Of a stretch of DNA of 34,695 nucleotides, positions 8,289-17,964 are shown in pieces; position 1 is the stretch's first letter, and every line of letters begins with the position of its first letter. The position numbers and the translations under genes are program-made. Under the pieces are notes generated by a model. That model worked only from the letters and a program-made list of their open reading frames with translations. It was not told the origin of the DNA and ran no database searches. The stretch is from Trichomonas gallinae (taxonomy: Eukaryota), in contig MRSU01005281.1 of the NCBI GenBank assembly GCA_008369845.1, forward strand, positions 1 through 34,695, in the 5' to 3' direction.

Positions 8289-11111
8289 ATGGAGAGAAGT
8301 GTTTATTCATTTGATGAGTTCGGCAAACTCATCGACAAGCCGGACGAGGCATTCAGAATTGCCGGCGACAAAACACTCAAACTGATTCAGGCGCAAAAAC
8401 GCGGCGCTTTGATTCCTTTTGGCTTCATTGTTTCAAATTATGCATTTCAAGAATACAAGAAAAGCGGATTCAAGGAACTTCCAGAAAACATCTGGGGTGA
8501 CATCATTGAGCACATCAAAACGATCGAACAAAAGACAAGCAAAAGATACGGTTTGAATATTTCTCCAATTCTTCTTTCTGTTCGCGCTGATAGCAACCCA
8601 GCGCTTCCACACATGCTGGATACAATCGTCAACATTGGTTTGAACGATGTTACTGCAATCGCGCTAGAACGTTTAACTGGAAATCGCGCCTACGTTTATT
8701 CTGCGTATTGCCAGTTCATTCTTACATACTCCAAAGTTGTTCTCAATATACCAGAAGAAGAATTCGAAGAAATGTATACGAAATTCACAGAATCGAGAAA
8801 TCTCGCATCAATTAACGAATTTACAGCTGTAGATTGGATAGATCTCAATCGCCTTTATAAATCAATCGTTGTTCGTAAAACCGGAAAAACAATTCCACAA
8901 GATCCGTTCGATCAGCTTTTGCAATCCGTCAAAGCAGTCATGCAGAAGATGAACAGCAAGAAAGTCCAGAGTTACATCAATTATAACAAATATTTAGATA
9001 TAACGTTTTCTTTGATTATCTCGCAAATGATCCCAGGAAATCAGTCAACAGGTGCCTGCTCAGGTGTCATCGCGACTCACGATCCAATTACAGGCGAACT
9101 CGCTAATTCTGGTGATTATGCACTTGATGCCACATTACACGATATTATTAAGAAGTGCTGCCAAACACATCCTATCCAGAACTTATCTCGCCAACTTCCA
9201 GACGTCAAGAACAGATTATTCCCGATTTTCACTTCAATCGCAGAAAGATTCGGCGCTCCAGTCCAAGTCGAGTTTGTTAATGATGGCCAGCAGCTCTACA
9301 TCATCCAGGTGCAGCCACTCGTTTTCAGCTACTCAGGGCTCATGCGCAGCGTCGTTTTATCGAAAGACAAAGGAAAAACACCAAAGGAAGCTTTGTCCGT
9401 TGTCCAACTCGACGACATCAGATCGGCCAACCTTCCTAACCTCGCAGAAACATCAGAACCCACATTTTCTTCAGGCATTCCATCAGGAAACGGCGCTGTC
9501 GTCGGCAAGGCCGTCTTCTGCACTGAAGAATGCGTCAAGCGTTCACAGGCAGGCGAAAAAGTTATTTTGTTCAAGAAGTCTCTCGAGCCATCAGACTTCA
9601 CTGCACTTTCTACTGCAGCTGCCATTGTTACGTCACACGGCAATCTTTACTCTGCATCGACACTACTCTGCAGGATGCTGAGGAAGACGACGGCCATCGG
9701 ATGCGAGAACATCAAGATCTGCGACAAAGAAATGACAGCAACAGTCGACGACAAAGTCATCAAGAAGGATGATGTTGTTTCTGTTGACGGCAACGGCAAA
9801 ATTTACATCGGCGAGCAGCCACTCGCAGCGCCAGGCATATCAGGCGATGCACAGAAAGTCTGCCAATGGGCAGATACAGTCAGAGGCGACCTCAAAGTCA
9901 TTACATCAGCCAAAACAGCAGAAGATGTCACAGCAGCAATTCAAAACGGTGCAGAAGGATTCACACCAATTTCTCTCGATGACGTTATCAGCGACATTCT
10001 CCCAGAAATCGCCCTGGAGTTGCTCAAAAACCACGAAAACGAAGAAATTATCAAGAAGTTGGAAACAACAATCACAGAACGCATCCAGCAATTATTGGGC
10101 GCTGCAAATGGCACGCCACTCACAATCAAGCTGCTTGATCAGCCGCTGAGTATCTGGCTCCCAGATCTTGCTAAATCTGTCGCGGAACTCGCAAGGCTCA
10201 AAGTCCTCAAGGAGAGCTACACAGCTCAGCAGTCCCAGCAAAACAGCGAAACAACAGAAACATCAGCAACTGAGACATCAGCTGAACCGAAACCAGAAGA
10301 AAAATCACAAGAAACAGAAAGCCAGACATCAGAGGAGCCAAAGACAGAGTCACAGGAATCAACAGAGAGCTCAGAGCCAAAGTCAGAATCTGCTGCTGCC
10401 GCTCCAGCACCAGTCAAAGTTGAGTTCTCTGAGGAGAACGAAGCCGAGCTCAACCGCTTGACAGAATTAGTCGAAATCACAAAGAAGTACAAGGAGAGCA
10501 ATCCTCTCATGGGTGTCAGCGGTATCAGGATGAACCTTGTTACGCCGCACATATTAGAGACATCAATCAACGCAATTCTCGCAGCATTCACTGCTGCATC
10601 AATCGAAAACGCCTCGATTCTTCTCCCGAACGTCACAATAGTAAACGAGATCACAAAGGCCAAAGAGATAATCGACAAGTGCCAAGAAGGCAAGTCAGTA
10701 GCAGTAGATATAGGCGCAGAACTCGGCACACCACGCTCTTGCCTTATTGCAAATGAACTCATCGGTGTTGCCGACTTCATCACAGTCGACTATAACACTC
10801 TCGGCATGATCCTTTATGGCATGTGCGCTGCTGACCTTGAGTCTTTCATTCCACAATACGAGAAACTCGGAATCATGAAGGATCCATCGAAGAACTTCGA
10901 CACTGTTGCTGCGCTGCAGCTCATCAAGCAGGCTCGCAAAGCTGCCTTCGAGGCTAAGCCATCGTCGCAGTTTTATGTATACGGCGACTGCATGAATAGC
11001 GATGTCGCTTCTATTCTCTGCGAGTCAGGCGTTACACGTATCATGTCAAAGCCTTCGGATGTTGTTCTTACTAAGTTTGCTGCTGCTCTCCACATTCTCA
11101 ACAAGCAGTAA
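8289..11111 (+). CDS. Pyruvate phosphate dikinase (PPDK)-like protein, probably catalytically inactive
   Basis: 940 aa with colinear PPDK motifs: PILLSVR, MLDTIVNIGLND, IPQDPFDQL, G.PSG.GAVVGKAVF, LTIKLLDQPL, ESNPLMGVSGIRM, GTPRSCLIANEL. Key catalytic residues are substituted (see findings). Confidence 0.9.
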   Translation: MERSVYSFDEFGKLIDKPDEAFRIAGDKTLKLIQAQKRGALIPFGFIVSNYAFQEYKKSGFKELPENIWGDIIEHIKTIEQKTSKRYGLNISPILLSVRADSNPALPHMLDTIVNIGLNDVTAIALERLTGNRAYVYSAYCQFILTYSKVVLNIPEEEFEEMYTKFTESRNLASINEFTAVDWIDLNRLYKSIVVRKTGKTIPQDPFDQLLQSVKAVMQKMNSKKVQSYINYNKYLDITFSLIISQMIPGNQSTGACSGVIATHDPITGELANSGDYALDATLHDIIKKCCQTHPIQNLSRQLPDVKNRLFPIFTSIAERFGAPVQVEFVNDGQQLYIIQVQPLVFSYSGLMRSVVLSKDKGKTPKEALSVVQLDDIRSANLPNLAETSEPTFSSGIPSGNGAVVGKAVFCTEECVKRSQAGEKVILFKKSLEPSDFTALSTAAAIVTSHGNLYSASTLLCRMLRKTTAIGCENIKICDKEMTATVDDKVIKKDDVVSVDGNGKIYIGEQPLAAPGISGDAQKVCQWADTVRGDLKVITSAKTAEDVTAAIQNGAEGFTPISLDDVISDILPEIALELLKNHENEEIIKKLETTITERIQQLLGAANGTPLTIKLLDQPLSIWLPDLAKSVAELARLKVLKESYTAQQSQQNSETTETSATETSAEPKPEEKSQETESQTSEEPKTESQESTESSEPKSESAAAAPAPVKVEFSEENEAELNRLTELVEITKKYKESNPLMGVSGIRMNLVTPHILETSINAILAAFTAASIENASILLPNVTIVNEITKAKEIIDKCQEGKSVAVDIGAELGTPRSCLIANELIGVADFITVDYNTLGMILYGMCAADLESFIPQYEKLGIMKDPSKNFDTVAALQLIKQARKAAFEAKPSSQFYVYGDCMNSDVASILCESGVTRIMSKPSDVVLTKFAAALHILNKQ

Positions 11112-12195
11112 TATCATTCTTTATTTTTTTATATATATAAAAATGGTTTCTTTATTTAAATTTTTTTGATTACAAACATAATTAGCATCGCAAATGAAAA
11201 CAAAATATACATAAGCTAAAATGCACATGGAAAAATCTCTAAAATCTGCACTATTGATAGTGGACCTGAGTTTCTTGGGTCAATATAGGAAAAACAAATT
11301 TGACATGTAAAACTTTACAAGTGTAAATATTGTCAATTTTCTAAATGGTTATAAATAGCTTTGGATTTAAGAAACACATAATGGAATCAATGAAAATGGC
11401 ATTGTTGAGCATAATCGGTCTCTAATGATATATCTACACAAGGTTGAACAAAATGTTTAGGATATTTAACAAAAAATAAATTTTAACGTAAACCCTTCAT
11501 GAATAAGACTTTCAACACACATTTCTTTCATACTTATCATCTAATACTATTCGTTTTATGAACAGAAATATCAACAATTATTCGAAATATATTAAATAGC
11601 TTGAAGCAATTTTTAAACACTCAATTCTAAAGAAACAGAAACGGATTATTCAACATCAAAAAATTATCTTCCAAGACAAAATACAGTCTCCATTCAAATA
11701 TCCCTTTTTATGATCTTACACCAAATGAGTAATTAAATATCATTGGATACCATACAATTACAGTCGTTAACAGAATATTTATGTCATCAAACGAGATAAA
11801 AATCAGTGAAACACATTCTTTTATGTATTTATTAAACACAAAGACAACCCAGGATATATATGACAAATAAATACGAATTCGCAGGAACGTGTTATTATGT
11901 GCTGCATGATGTTGTTTGCACCTACAGAGATTGAAATTATTAAAGAAAATGGCTTCCATGTGAAGAAGTCTTTAATGATAAATGATCCAAATACAGAAAA
12001 CATGCTAATAAACAAAAAGTATCAATCGAGTTATACTTTGATATCATGATGTTTTATTTTCCTTGTTGATCGAGTTGTAATTTGATATCATGAAGATTCT
12101 TTTCCATTGCTATTAATAAATAGTAGATATTAATAAAACTTGACAATTTAATTATAATTTTAAAAATAAGAAAAAAATAAACTTCACGCGATAAA

Positions 12196-15100
12196 TTAAT
12201 TAATGATGAGAAGATCTCCTTCATCATATTCTTCTTCTGGTATTCCTTGTAGTTTGTAGATGACGCGATGCATTGATACCAGAGCAAACAGGACAACGAG
12301 GATAACGAGCGGCACGTTGTAGTGGTAAGTCTCTGTCAGACAGAAAGTGGTCATAGAGAAGGCGAAGTTGAACAGTACAAGGACCAGGGTAATCCAGAAC
12401 CAAGCTGTGTAGCCAGGCTTCGCGAGGACCGGGAAGTAGATAGGACAGAAGCAAATAATGAAAGCGGTGATGCCACCAATGAACGCGCAGACGCCAGTCG
12501 CCTGCTTGACGTTACTGTATGCAAGGATGGCGAGATAAACCATGATCGCCGCACCGATGATGCCGTGCACGAAGTCATTGAATCTGTCTGGCTTCTGGAC
12601 GAACCTCCTGAATCTTGGATGCTGCCTCTCGTATTCAACGACAGAATCCTTCGGCTCCTCTTCGTGCGAGTCGTTGTACAAGAGGAGAGCGTTCTCTGTG
12701 GCCTCCCTGAAGCAGTTAGATGGTCCAGCATGGATGTTATCGAAGCACTTCAAGAAGTCGATGAATTTTTCTGGTCCAAGATTGACGCACATCGTGTACA
12801 AGGCCTGCTCGATGTCCAGCTGCCTCTGGCGCGGATACATCGCATCGAACTCGTATTCGTTCTTGTTGTACAAGAAGTAGTTGATGCAGTCGTTGGCAAC
12901 GTCTTCGTGATTCTTGACATTAATATATGGAAGATTGCAGATTGTCACGTAAACGTTAAATAAACCAGAGCATGGTGTCTCGCACGATCTGGCCTTGTTA
13001 AGATAGATGTTGAAGACCTGCGTGAGGATAGAATTTCTCGCTGGGTCAGTGAAATCTGTAAAGAAGAAGGCCCTGAAGGCTGGCGCTGTGACCGTTGGCA
13101 GGAATCTGTTGAGTTTGGCATCATTAGAAATGAAGTAGTTCAATAATGCATGTCTAAGTGTGTCATTGAGAGAAATTTCGTATGCGTATTTTTGAAGGAA
13201 TAAGAACATCTGCTCGAAGCGGTCGTTCGTGATAACTAAGCCTTTGACTAAGACAGGGAACAAGTCTAAGCCTATTGTAACGAAATTCATGAAGATATCT
13301 GGCTTTGCGAACAATTCAAGGAATGGACGCTCCTTGGAGAAGACATTGATGAGGAGTTTGATGAATTCTCTGTTCTCACGGTTCATAACTAATGCGATTG
13401 TCGGGACGAAATTCTTATCCTGTGCAAAGAGGTCGAGAGCGGACTGAGCTGCATCAACGTAAGCTTGCCTGTTGCCTGCATCTTCAATTAAAGCTTCAAG
13501 CGGCCTGTTAAATGCTGCTGCGATGTTAAATATAACTTCTGTTTTCTCTGTCTGATCCATCTTCTCGAAGACTTCAACTGAGAAGTTCTGTGATGTAATC
13601 TGATAAAGCTTATGATCATCTGGAAGCTCACTACGTAATTTAATTATACAAATATTGAAAATGAAGTTCTTGCTGTCGTTTGCACGCAAATCGAGCTGTG
13701 TAGTTGTCAAAAAGTTCCATAGAGTGTTCATAAGTTTCGGATTCTGTTTGATTTGTGGAAGAAGTTGCTCAGAATGTTCTACAATGAAGAAGAAGAAATC
13801 TGGACGCTCTTGGTCTGCAAATGGGTCGTCGACAATTGATGTGACGAGGTCGTACATCTGTTGTACCGTTAAGCTAATTGTATTATTAGAAATATAAGGA
13901 ACGACAACTGTTAAATAGAATGGGCGACGAAGCTCCTGGGGTATAAGGAGGAGCAAAGCGTGGCTCTTGAGGAAAGAGGAGAAGAATTGGGTGTAAATCT
14001 TCTTATTTGCAGCGAGATCTTGAGCGGTGAGCTTGCGTGCGACTGACTGGAAGAGAGCAACTTGGAGGGATGGACGGAGGGCCTCGAAGTTGAGGAATTC
14101 CTTTGTTTGAGGGGAAGATAACAAAACAACGAAATCTGATAGGACAATGTTGTGTCCTGAGTTGAGTTCGCGTGTTAAGTACTCTTCATAGAGATCCTGG
14201 CATATGTCTTTCTGCTTTGTCTCAGATTTTGGTATAATATCTGTAACAATCATGTTGAGAAGCAAATCTGATGAGCGGACGAAATCGCGGAACTTTTTGT
14301 TGACTATATATGAATCAAAGTTCATAATAAAGAGGTTCTTGAATTGCATTTCGATATCTTGCTCAGATTCAAGGACTTCGACGAAGAATGATGTAGAAAG
14401 AGATGTCATGAAGTTGATAATGTGCTCAACATTGTTGTCTTCCATGAAATTGCCAAGAATGATAAAGTTAAGTCCTGGAATATCGATTTTTGTTTGATTT
14501 GGAATGGATGGATAAAGGTTGAGACCAATGTAATTAAGCATCAGCTTAGATTCTTCGATGAATTTGCACCATTTCTTGTCATTGTGCAATTTTTCGAAAT
14601 ATGTTAAGAATAAGTGTCTGAACTGATCAGCGATTACTGGCTTCTTCTCGAGAATGCTCAAGAATATCTCGTCACCAATCAAAATGATGTAATGGATGAG
14701 TTTCACGATATCTGTTTTTCCGCTCTGAACAAGCCAGAATAACTCTTGAAGGAACGGTGCGATCAATACTGGGTTCTTGTTGAGCTTGCTGGCGTTGATT
14801 CCGAGGTCAGTAATGATCACATCGAGGATTTCCGGAGTTTCTTCGACAAATGGGACCCAGCGAGAGTCATCTAGGAAGTTATCGTACTGCGCCTTGATGT
14901 ACTCCTTGATAACATGCATCGCTGCTGGAGAACCACGGAAGTTTGCTAGCAAAAACTGTGTTGGGAAGTTTAATTTTCTATTTGTCCTAACTTCTTGAAT
15001 TAAAGCCTCGATAACATTGTAGCACTGGAATTCTACAAGAATGCACCAGAATTCGACCTCTGATTTAGCGTAAATCGCGATTAATTCGTCGTCTGAATAT

Positions 15101-15567
15101 GGAACTTTTTCTTCTCTTTGTTTAATTTCTGCGTTTTGGAGATATCCAACATTTTCTGTCTTAACGCGGCAAATTTCGAGATCTTTTTCGAATGTTGGGT
15201 AAATTTCGAGAATATGCTGAGCATTTTCCTCTGAAAATTCGAGGCCATGAATGATATAGATTTCTATGATGAATAATTCTTCAGCGAGTGGAGGAACTTC
15301 AGCTTTCTTTGCTAATTTGAGTAATGAAGAAATATCTTCTTCAATATCGATAATAAAGCGGCGTACTGATATCGCACAGTAATGAAGAATTGGAACGAAA
15401 TCAGGTGATGAAGCTAATCCTCTAAATTTAAGATTTGGATTGTCGAGTGCTAAATGAAGAATGGATGATGCGGCTTCAAGGCTGCATGGAGAAAATTTGA
15501 GTTTGTCTGACTCTGTCGTGAGTACTGAATAATCTATGCCTAACGAGCGTTTGTTTCTTGCAGCCAT
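12196..15567 (-). CDS. Hypothetical 1123-aa protein with a helical, internally repeated body and 4 C-terminal transmembrane helices
   Basis: Long uninterrupted ORF with a GC elevation typical of the coding regions here. There are four hydrophobic segments near the C-terminus (GIIGAAIMVYLAILAY; GVCAFIGGITAFIICFCPIYF; AWFWITLVLVLFNFAFSM; VPLVILVVLFALVSM) and an acidic tail, EEEYDEGDLLIIN. Confidence 0.9.
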   Translation of the reverse strand: MAARNKRSLGIDYSVLTTESDKLKFSPCSLEAASSILHLALDNPNLKFRGLASSPDFVPILHYCAISVRRFIIDIEEDISSLLKLAKKAEVPPLAEELFIIEIYIIHGLEFSEENAQHILEIYPTFEKDLEICRVKTENVGYLQNAEIKQREEKVPYSDDELIAIYAKSEVEFWCILVEFQCYNVIEALIQEVRTNRKLNFPTQFLLANFRGSPAAMHVIKEYIKAQYDNFLDDSRWVPFVEETPEILDVIITDLGINASKLNKNPVLIAPFLQELFWLVQSGKTDIVKLIHYIILIGDEIFLSILEKKPVIADQFRHLFLTYFEKLHNDKKWCKFIEESKLMLNYIGLNLYPSIPNQTKIDIPGLNFIILGNFMEDNNVEHIINFMTSLSTSFFVEVLESEQDIEMQFKNLFIMNFDSYIVNKKFRDFVRSSDLLLNMIVTDIIPKSETKQKDICQDLYEEYLTRELNSGHNIVLSDFVVLLSSPQTKEFLNFEALRPSLQVALFQSVARKLTAQDLAANKKIYTQFFSSFLKSHALLLLIPQELRRPFYLTVVVPYISNNTISLTVQQMYDLVTSIVDDPFADQERPDFFFFIVEHSEQLLPQIKQNPKLMNTLWNFLTTTQLDLRANDSKNFIFNICIIKLRSELPDDHKLYQITSQNFSVEVFEKMDQTEKTEVIFNIAAAFNRPLEALIEDAGNRQAYVDAAQSALDLFAQDKNFVPTIALVMNRENREFIKLLINVFSKERPFLELFAKPDIFMNFVTIGLDLFPVLVKGLVITNDRFEQMFLFLQKYAYEISLNDTLRHALLNYFISNDAKLNRFLPTVTAPAFRAFFFTDFTDPARNSILTQVFNIYLNKARSCETPCSGLFNVYVTICNLPYINVKNHEDVANDCINYFLYNKNEYEFDAMYPRQRQLDIEQALYTMCVNLGPEKFIDFLKCFDNIHAGPSNCFREATENALLLYNDSHEEEPKDSVVEYERQHPRFRRFVQKPDRFNDFVHGIIGAAIMVYLAILAYSNVKQATGVCAFIGGITAFIICFCPIYFPVLAKPGYTAWFWITLVLVLFNFAFSMTTFCLTETYHYNVPLVILVVLFALVSMHRVIYKLQGIPEEEYDEGDLLIIN

Positions 15568-15699
15568 TAATTTAAAAACTAAAAAAAAAAAAAAAAAAAC
15601 TCAAAACGTGCCATAAACGGAAGATGTTTACATTACAAAAAGTGACAGTAAATGGTATTTAACTGTTTAAGTTAACTTTAGCAACAACAGATGACTTTC

Positions 15700-16125
15700 T
15701 TTAGCCTAAAACCTCTAGTATAGTTTCATGTCTCATACTATTGAATGTACAAAATTCCAAATCGAATCCTTCTTGAGACAGTAAAACTAGAAGCAGGATT
15801 TAACTTTCCATTACCTAAGACTTCTAGTTTTGTAAGTATCATATCTTATCCTATTGAGTTTGCTAATTTTTTAATCGAATTCTACTCGAGACAGTCAATT
15901 AAGTAGCTGTATTTGAATTTTTTGACGCAGGAACCTCAATTTTTTTGTAGTTACAGGTCTCATTCTATTGAGTGTGTTAGGTACGAATTTGAAATATACT
16001 CGAGAGAGTCAACTGAATAGCTGTGTTTGAATTTTTTGAGACAGAAACATAGAATTCTTGTAATTTCAGGTCTCATCCTATTGAATGTGCAAAAAGCTTT
16101 TTCAAATTCTACTCGAAATGTCATT
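15700..16125. repeat. Degenerate tandem repeat, unit 113-114 bp, about 4 copies
   Basis: The anchor TCT(C/T)AT.CTATTGA.T.T lies at 15731, 15844, 15958 and 16071, giving periods of 113, 114 and 113. Downstream CT(C/T)GAGACAGT and TAGCTGT.TTTGAATTTTT blocks recur in most copies. Confidence 0.9.
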
Positions 16126-16482
16126 TGGACATTGAAATATGCTGACTCTTGCGAGTATGACCTTAAATATGAATGAAAAACTCCTGATTGCTGACATATA
16201 CAATCATTTTACGTTGAAAAGTTAGTATGTTTTCAGAAATCAAAAGTTATTGACTAAGATTTCTTAATTCAATGTTGTCTATTTGCTATGAATGTTCATT
16301 TGTGCTTTCATTATCAGAGAAAATGAATAAATATAATATGCATGACTAAAGCCGAATATATTGAGAAGTAAACTTTTTTATATCTCAAATTTAAATTAGG
16401 ATTCGAAATGAATATAATAGATAATAATTCACTTATAATTATAGGTGAAAATAATATATATATTTTATTTTAGCTATATATT

Positions 16483-17919
16483 TCAATTATGTATTTCTTC
16501 TATCAAACCAAAGAATTCTAAGGCGTTGAGACAAAATTGGTATATGTCAGTGGATTGCGGTTTCTTAATCTGGTTTGCATACTGCTCTATTCTAAATTGA
16601 GTATATGGCTCCGGACGTTTTTTCACGGCGAAATAAGCTATTGGTGTTGGTGAATTCATCTCGTCAGAGTTAACTACTTCATCAATAACATCCCAATTAT
16701 TACCGTCATTAGAACCTAAAATCTTCCATGATCTTGGCTGCGAAGAATTTGCGTATTTCATTGGAGATGCAAATGTGTAGCCAGTCAGTATAACGCGGTG
16801 CCGGTAGAATGTAATCTCAATCCATTGATCTTCTTTCGTAAATCTAGATCCGTTATAATTATTCCACCAAGGATCAAGATCGTTATATTCTAATAATCTT
16901 GGGAGGAAGCGCGACTTAGGGCCACCACCTCCATCTATTGAAACGATCTTTTCTGAGCAAGGATTCTTTCCACACATATTCGTAAGGCCTTGGAAGATGC
17001 CATTGAAATGGCTGTCTGGCAATTTCGGAAATTCTTGGTAGTGCGAAGACTTTGGCGTAGAAACAAAGTTTTGGTTGTAAGGATTATTATTATACTGCGG
17101 GCGGCCTTGATAACCTTGAATATTTCCGTACTGACTTTGCTGTTGTCCTGGACCTTGTGTCCAGTGCTTAGCATGCGGAGATTCTTCAGTTTCAACACTA
17201 TACATCAAACGATTTCTAATTGCAGCCCAAAGAGCGCCTCCGATCAAATCAGGGGTGATCCTTGAGTAAAGTTCATGCATACTTGGAGAACTTAAGTCTT
17301 CAATAATAACATGAGCAAATAATTGAACGTATTCTGGCCCATGTTTCTTGACTAATGTGTTGATCCACTGGAACAATGACTCTTCGCTGTTATAATTTAT
17401 ATCTTTCAAACGTAAGATTTCATCATAAATTGAAATTGGAAGTTCCATCATTTCCGGGCGATTTTGGAGTGTGTCAAATTTCATCGCAACAAGATTAATT
17501 TGAGGAAGAACGTATAAAGGATTTGGCTGACGAAGTTTTTGGAAAATATCGTTTTGAATACCGAATTGTTGGATGTAATGTGATGTTGTATCAAGTAAGT
17601 GCTGATTGTCGAAGAAGGCAGCGGCAGTATTTAAAAACCAAACGTTTTCATAATTAATTGCAACTTCTTCTCCATACATATAGTTGATTAATTTTTGCAT
17701 ACATCCAGATGGATCAGGCTCTGGATATTCTATCCAACGTTTACAAGGATCATTTAAAAGTAATAGTCGAATCTTTGATGAAAACTCCGCGAGTACGCAT
17801 AAGTGCAACTTATAAAATTGTTTAATCGGTTGCTTACTGATGCGTATCTCGAAATCAAAAGGCAGTGTGTTAATAAATGAAGGATGAAACTGTAGAGAAA
17901 ATTTTTCAACAGGCTTCAT
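16483..17919 (-). CDS. BTB/POZ-BACK protein with a C-terminal F5/8 type C (discoidin/galactose-binding-like) domain
   Basis: BTB motifs (DFEI..., LHLCVLAEFSSKIR, LINYMYGEEVAINYENVWFLNTAAAFF) and a BACK motif (SEESLFQWI). A Q/N/Y-rich linker precedes a discoidin-type domain (QWIEITF....LTGYTF.S....QPRSWKILGSNDGNNWDVID....YTQFRI...LNALEFFG). Confidence 0.9.
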   Translation of the reverse strand: MKPVEKFSLQFHPSFINTLPFDFEIRISKQPIKQFYKLHLCVLAEFSSKIRLLLLNDPCKRWIEYPEPDPSGCMQKLINYMYGEEVAINYENVWFLNTAAAFFDNQHLLDTTSHYIQQFGIQNDIFQKLRQPNPLYVLPQINLVAMKFDTLQNRPEMMELPISIYDEILRLKDINYNSEESLFQWINTLVKKHGPEYVQLFAHVIIEDLSSPSMHELYSRITPDLIGGALWAAIRNRLMYSVETEESPHAKHWTQGPGQQQSQYGNIQGYQGRPQYNNNPYNQNFVSTPKSSHYQEFPKLPDSHFNGIFQGLTNMCGKNPCSEKIVSIDGGGGPKSRFLPRLLEYNDLDPWWNNYNGSRFTKEDQWIEITFYRHRVILTGYTFASPMKYANSSQPRSWKILGSNDGNNWDVIDEVVNSDEMNSPTPIAYFAVKKRPEPYTQFRIEQYANQIKKPQSTDIYQFCLNALEFFGLIEEIHN

Positions 17920-17930
17920 TTTTCTAAAAA

Positions 17931-17935
17931 AGTGA
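17931..17935 (-). promoter_or_regulatory. Initiator (Inr)-like element TCACT
   Basis: The minus strand reads GTCACTTTTTTAGAAAATG into the BTB gene start, matching the trichomonad Inr consensus TCAY(T/A). Similar elements lie at 7348-7344, 15645-15641, 32054-32050 and 32992-32988. Confidence 0.7.
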
Positions 17936-17964
17936 CAGACTTGACCATAGCAAAGAAACCCAAA

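Noticed and set aside
11708..12015. Short ORFs (83 aa and 64 aa) in the convergent intergenic region; likewise 1442-1630, 5028-5234, 7575-7805 and 20934-21119
   Set aside because: AT-rich, biased toward I/F/N/K/Y, with no domain signal or coding-like composition.
12322..12963. 213-aa antisense ORF, and other shadow ORFs within the large CDSs (e.g. 9052-9681, 10226-10783)
   Set aside because: They overlap well-supported genes, show no recognisable motifs, and are expected from codon bias in GC-richer coding DNA.
15700..16125. CRISPR-like reading of the periodic arrays (also 7891-8220)
   Set aside because: The context is eukaryotic with no cas genes, and whole units are homologous rather than identical repeats with unique spacers.
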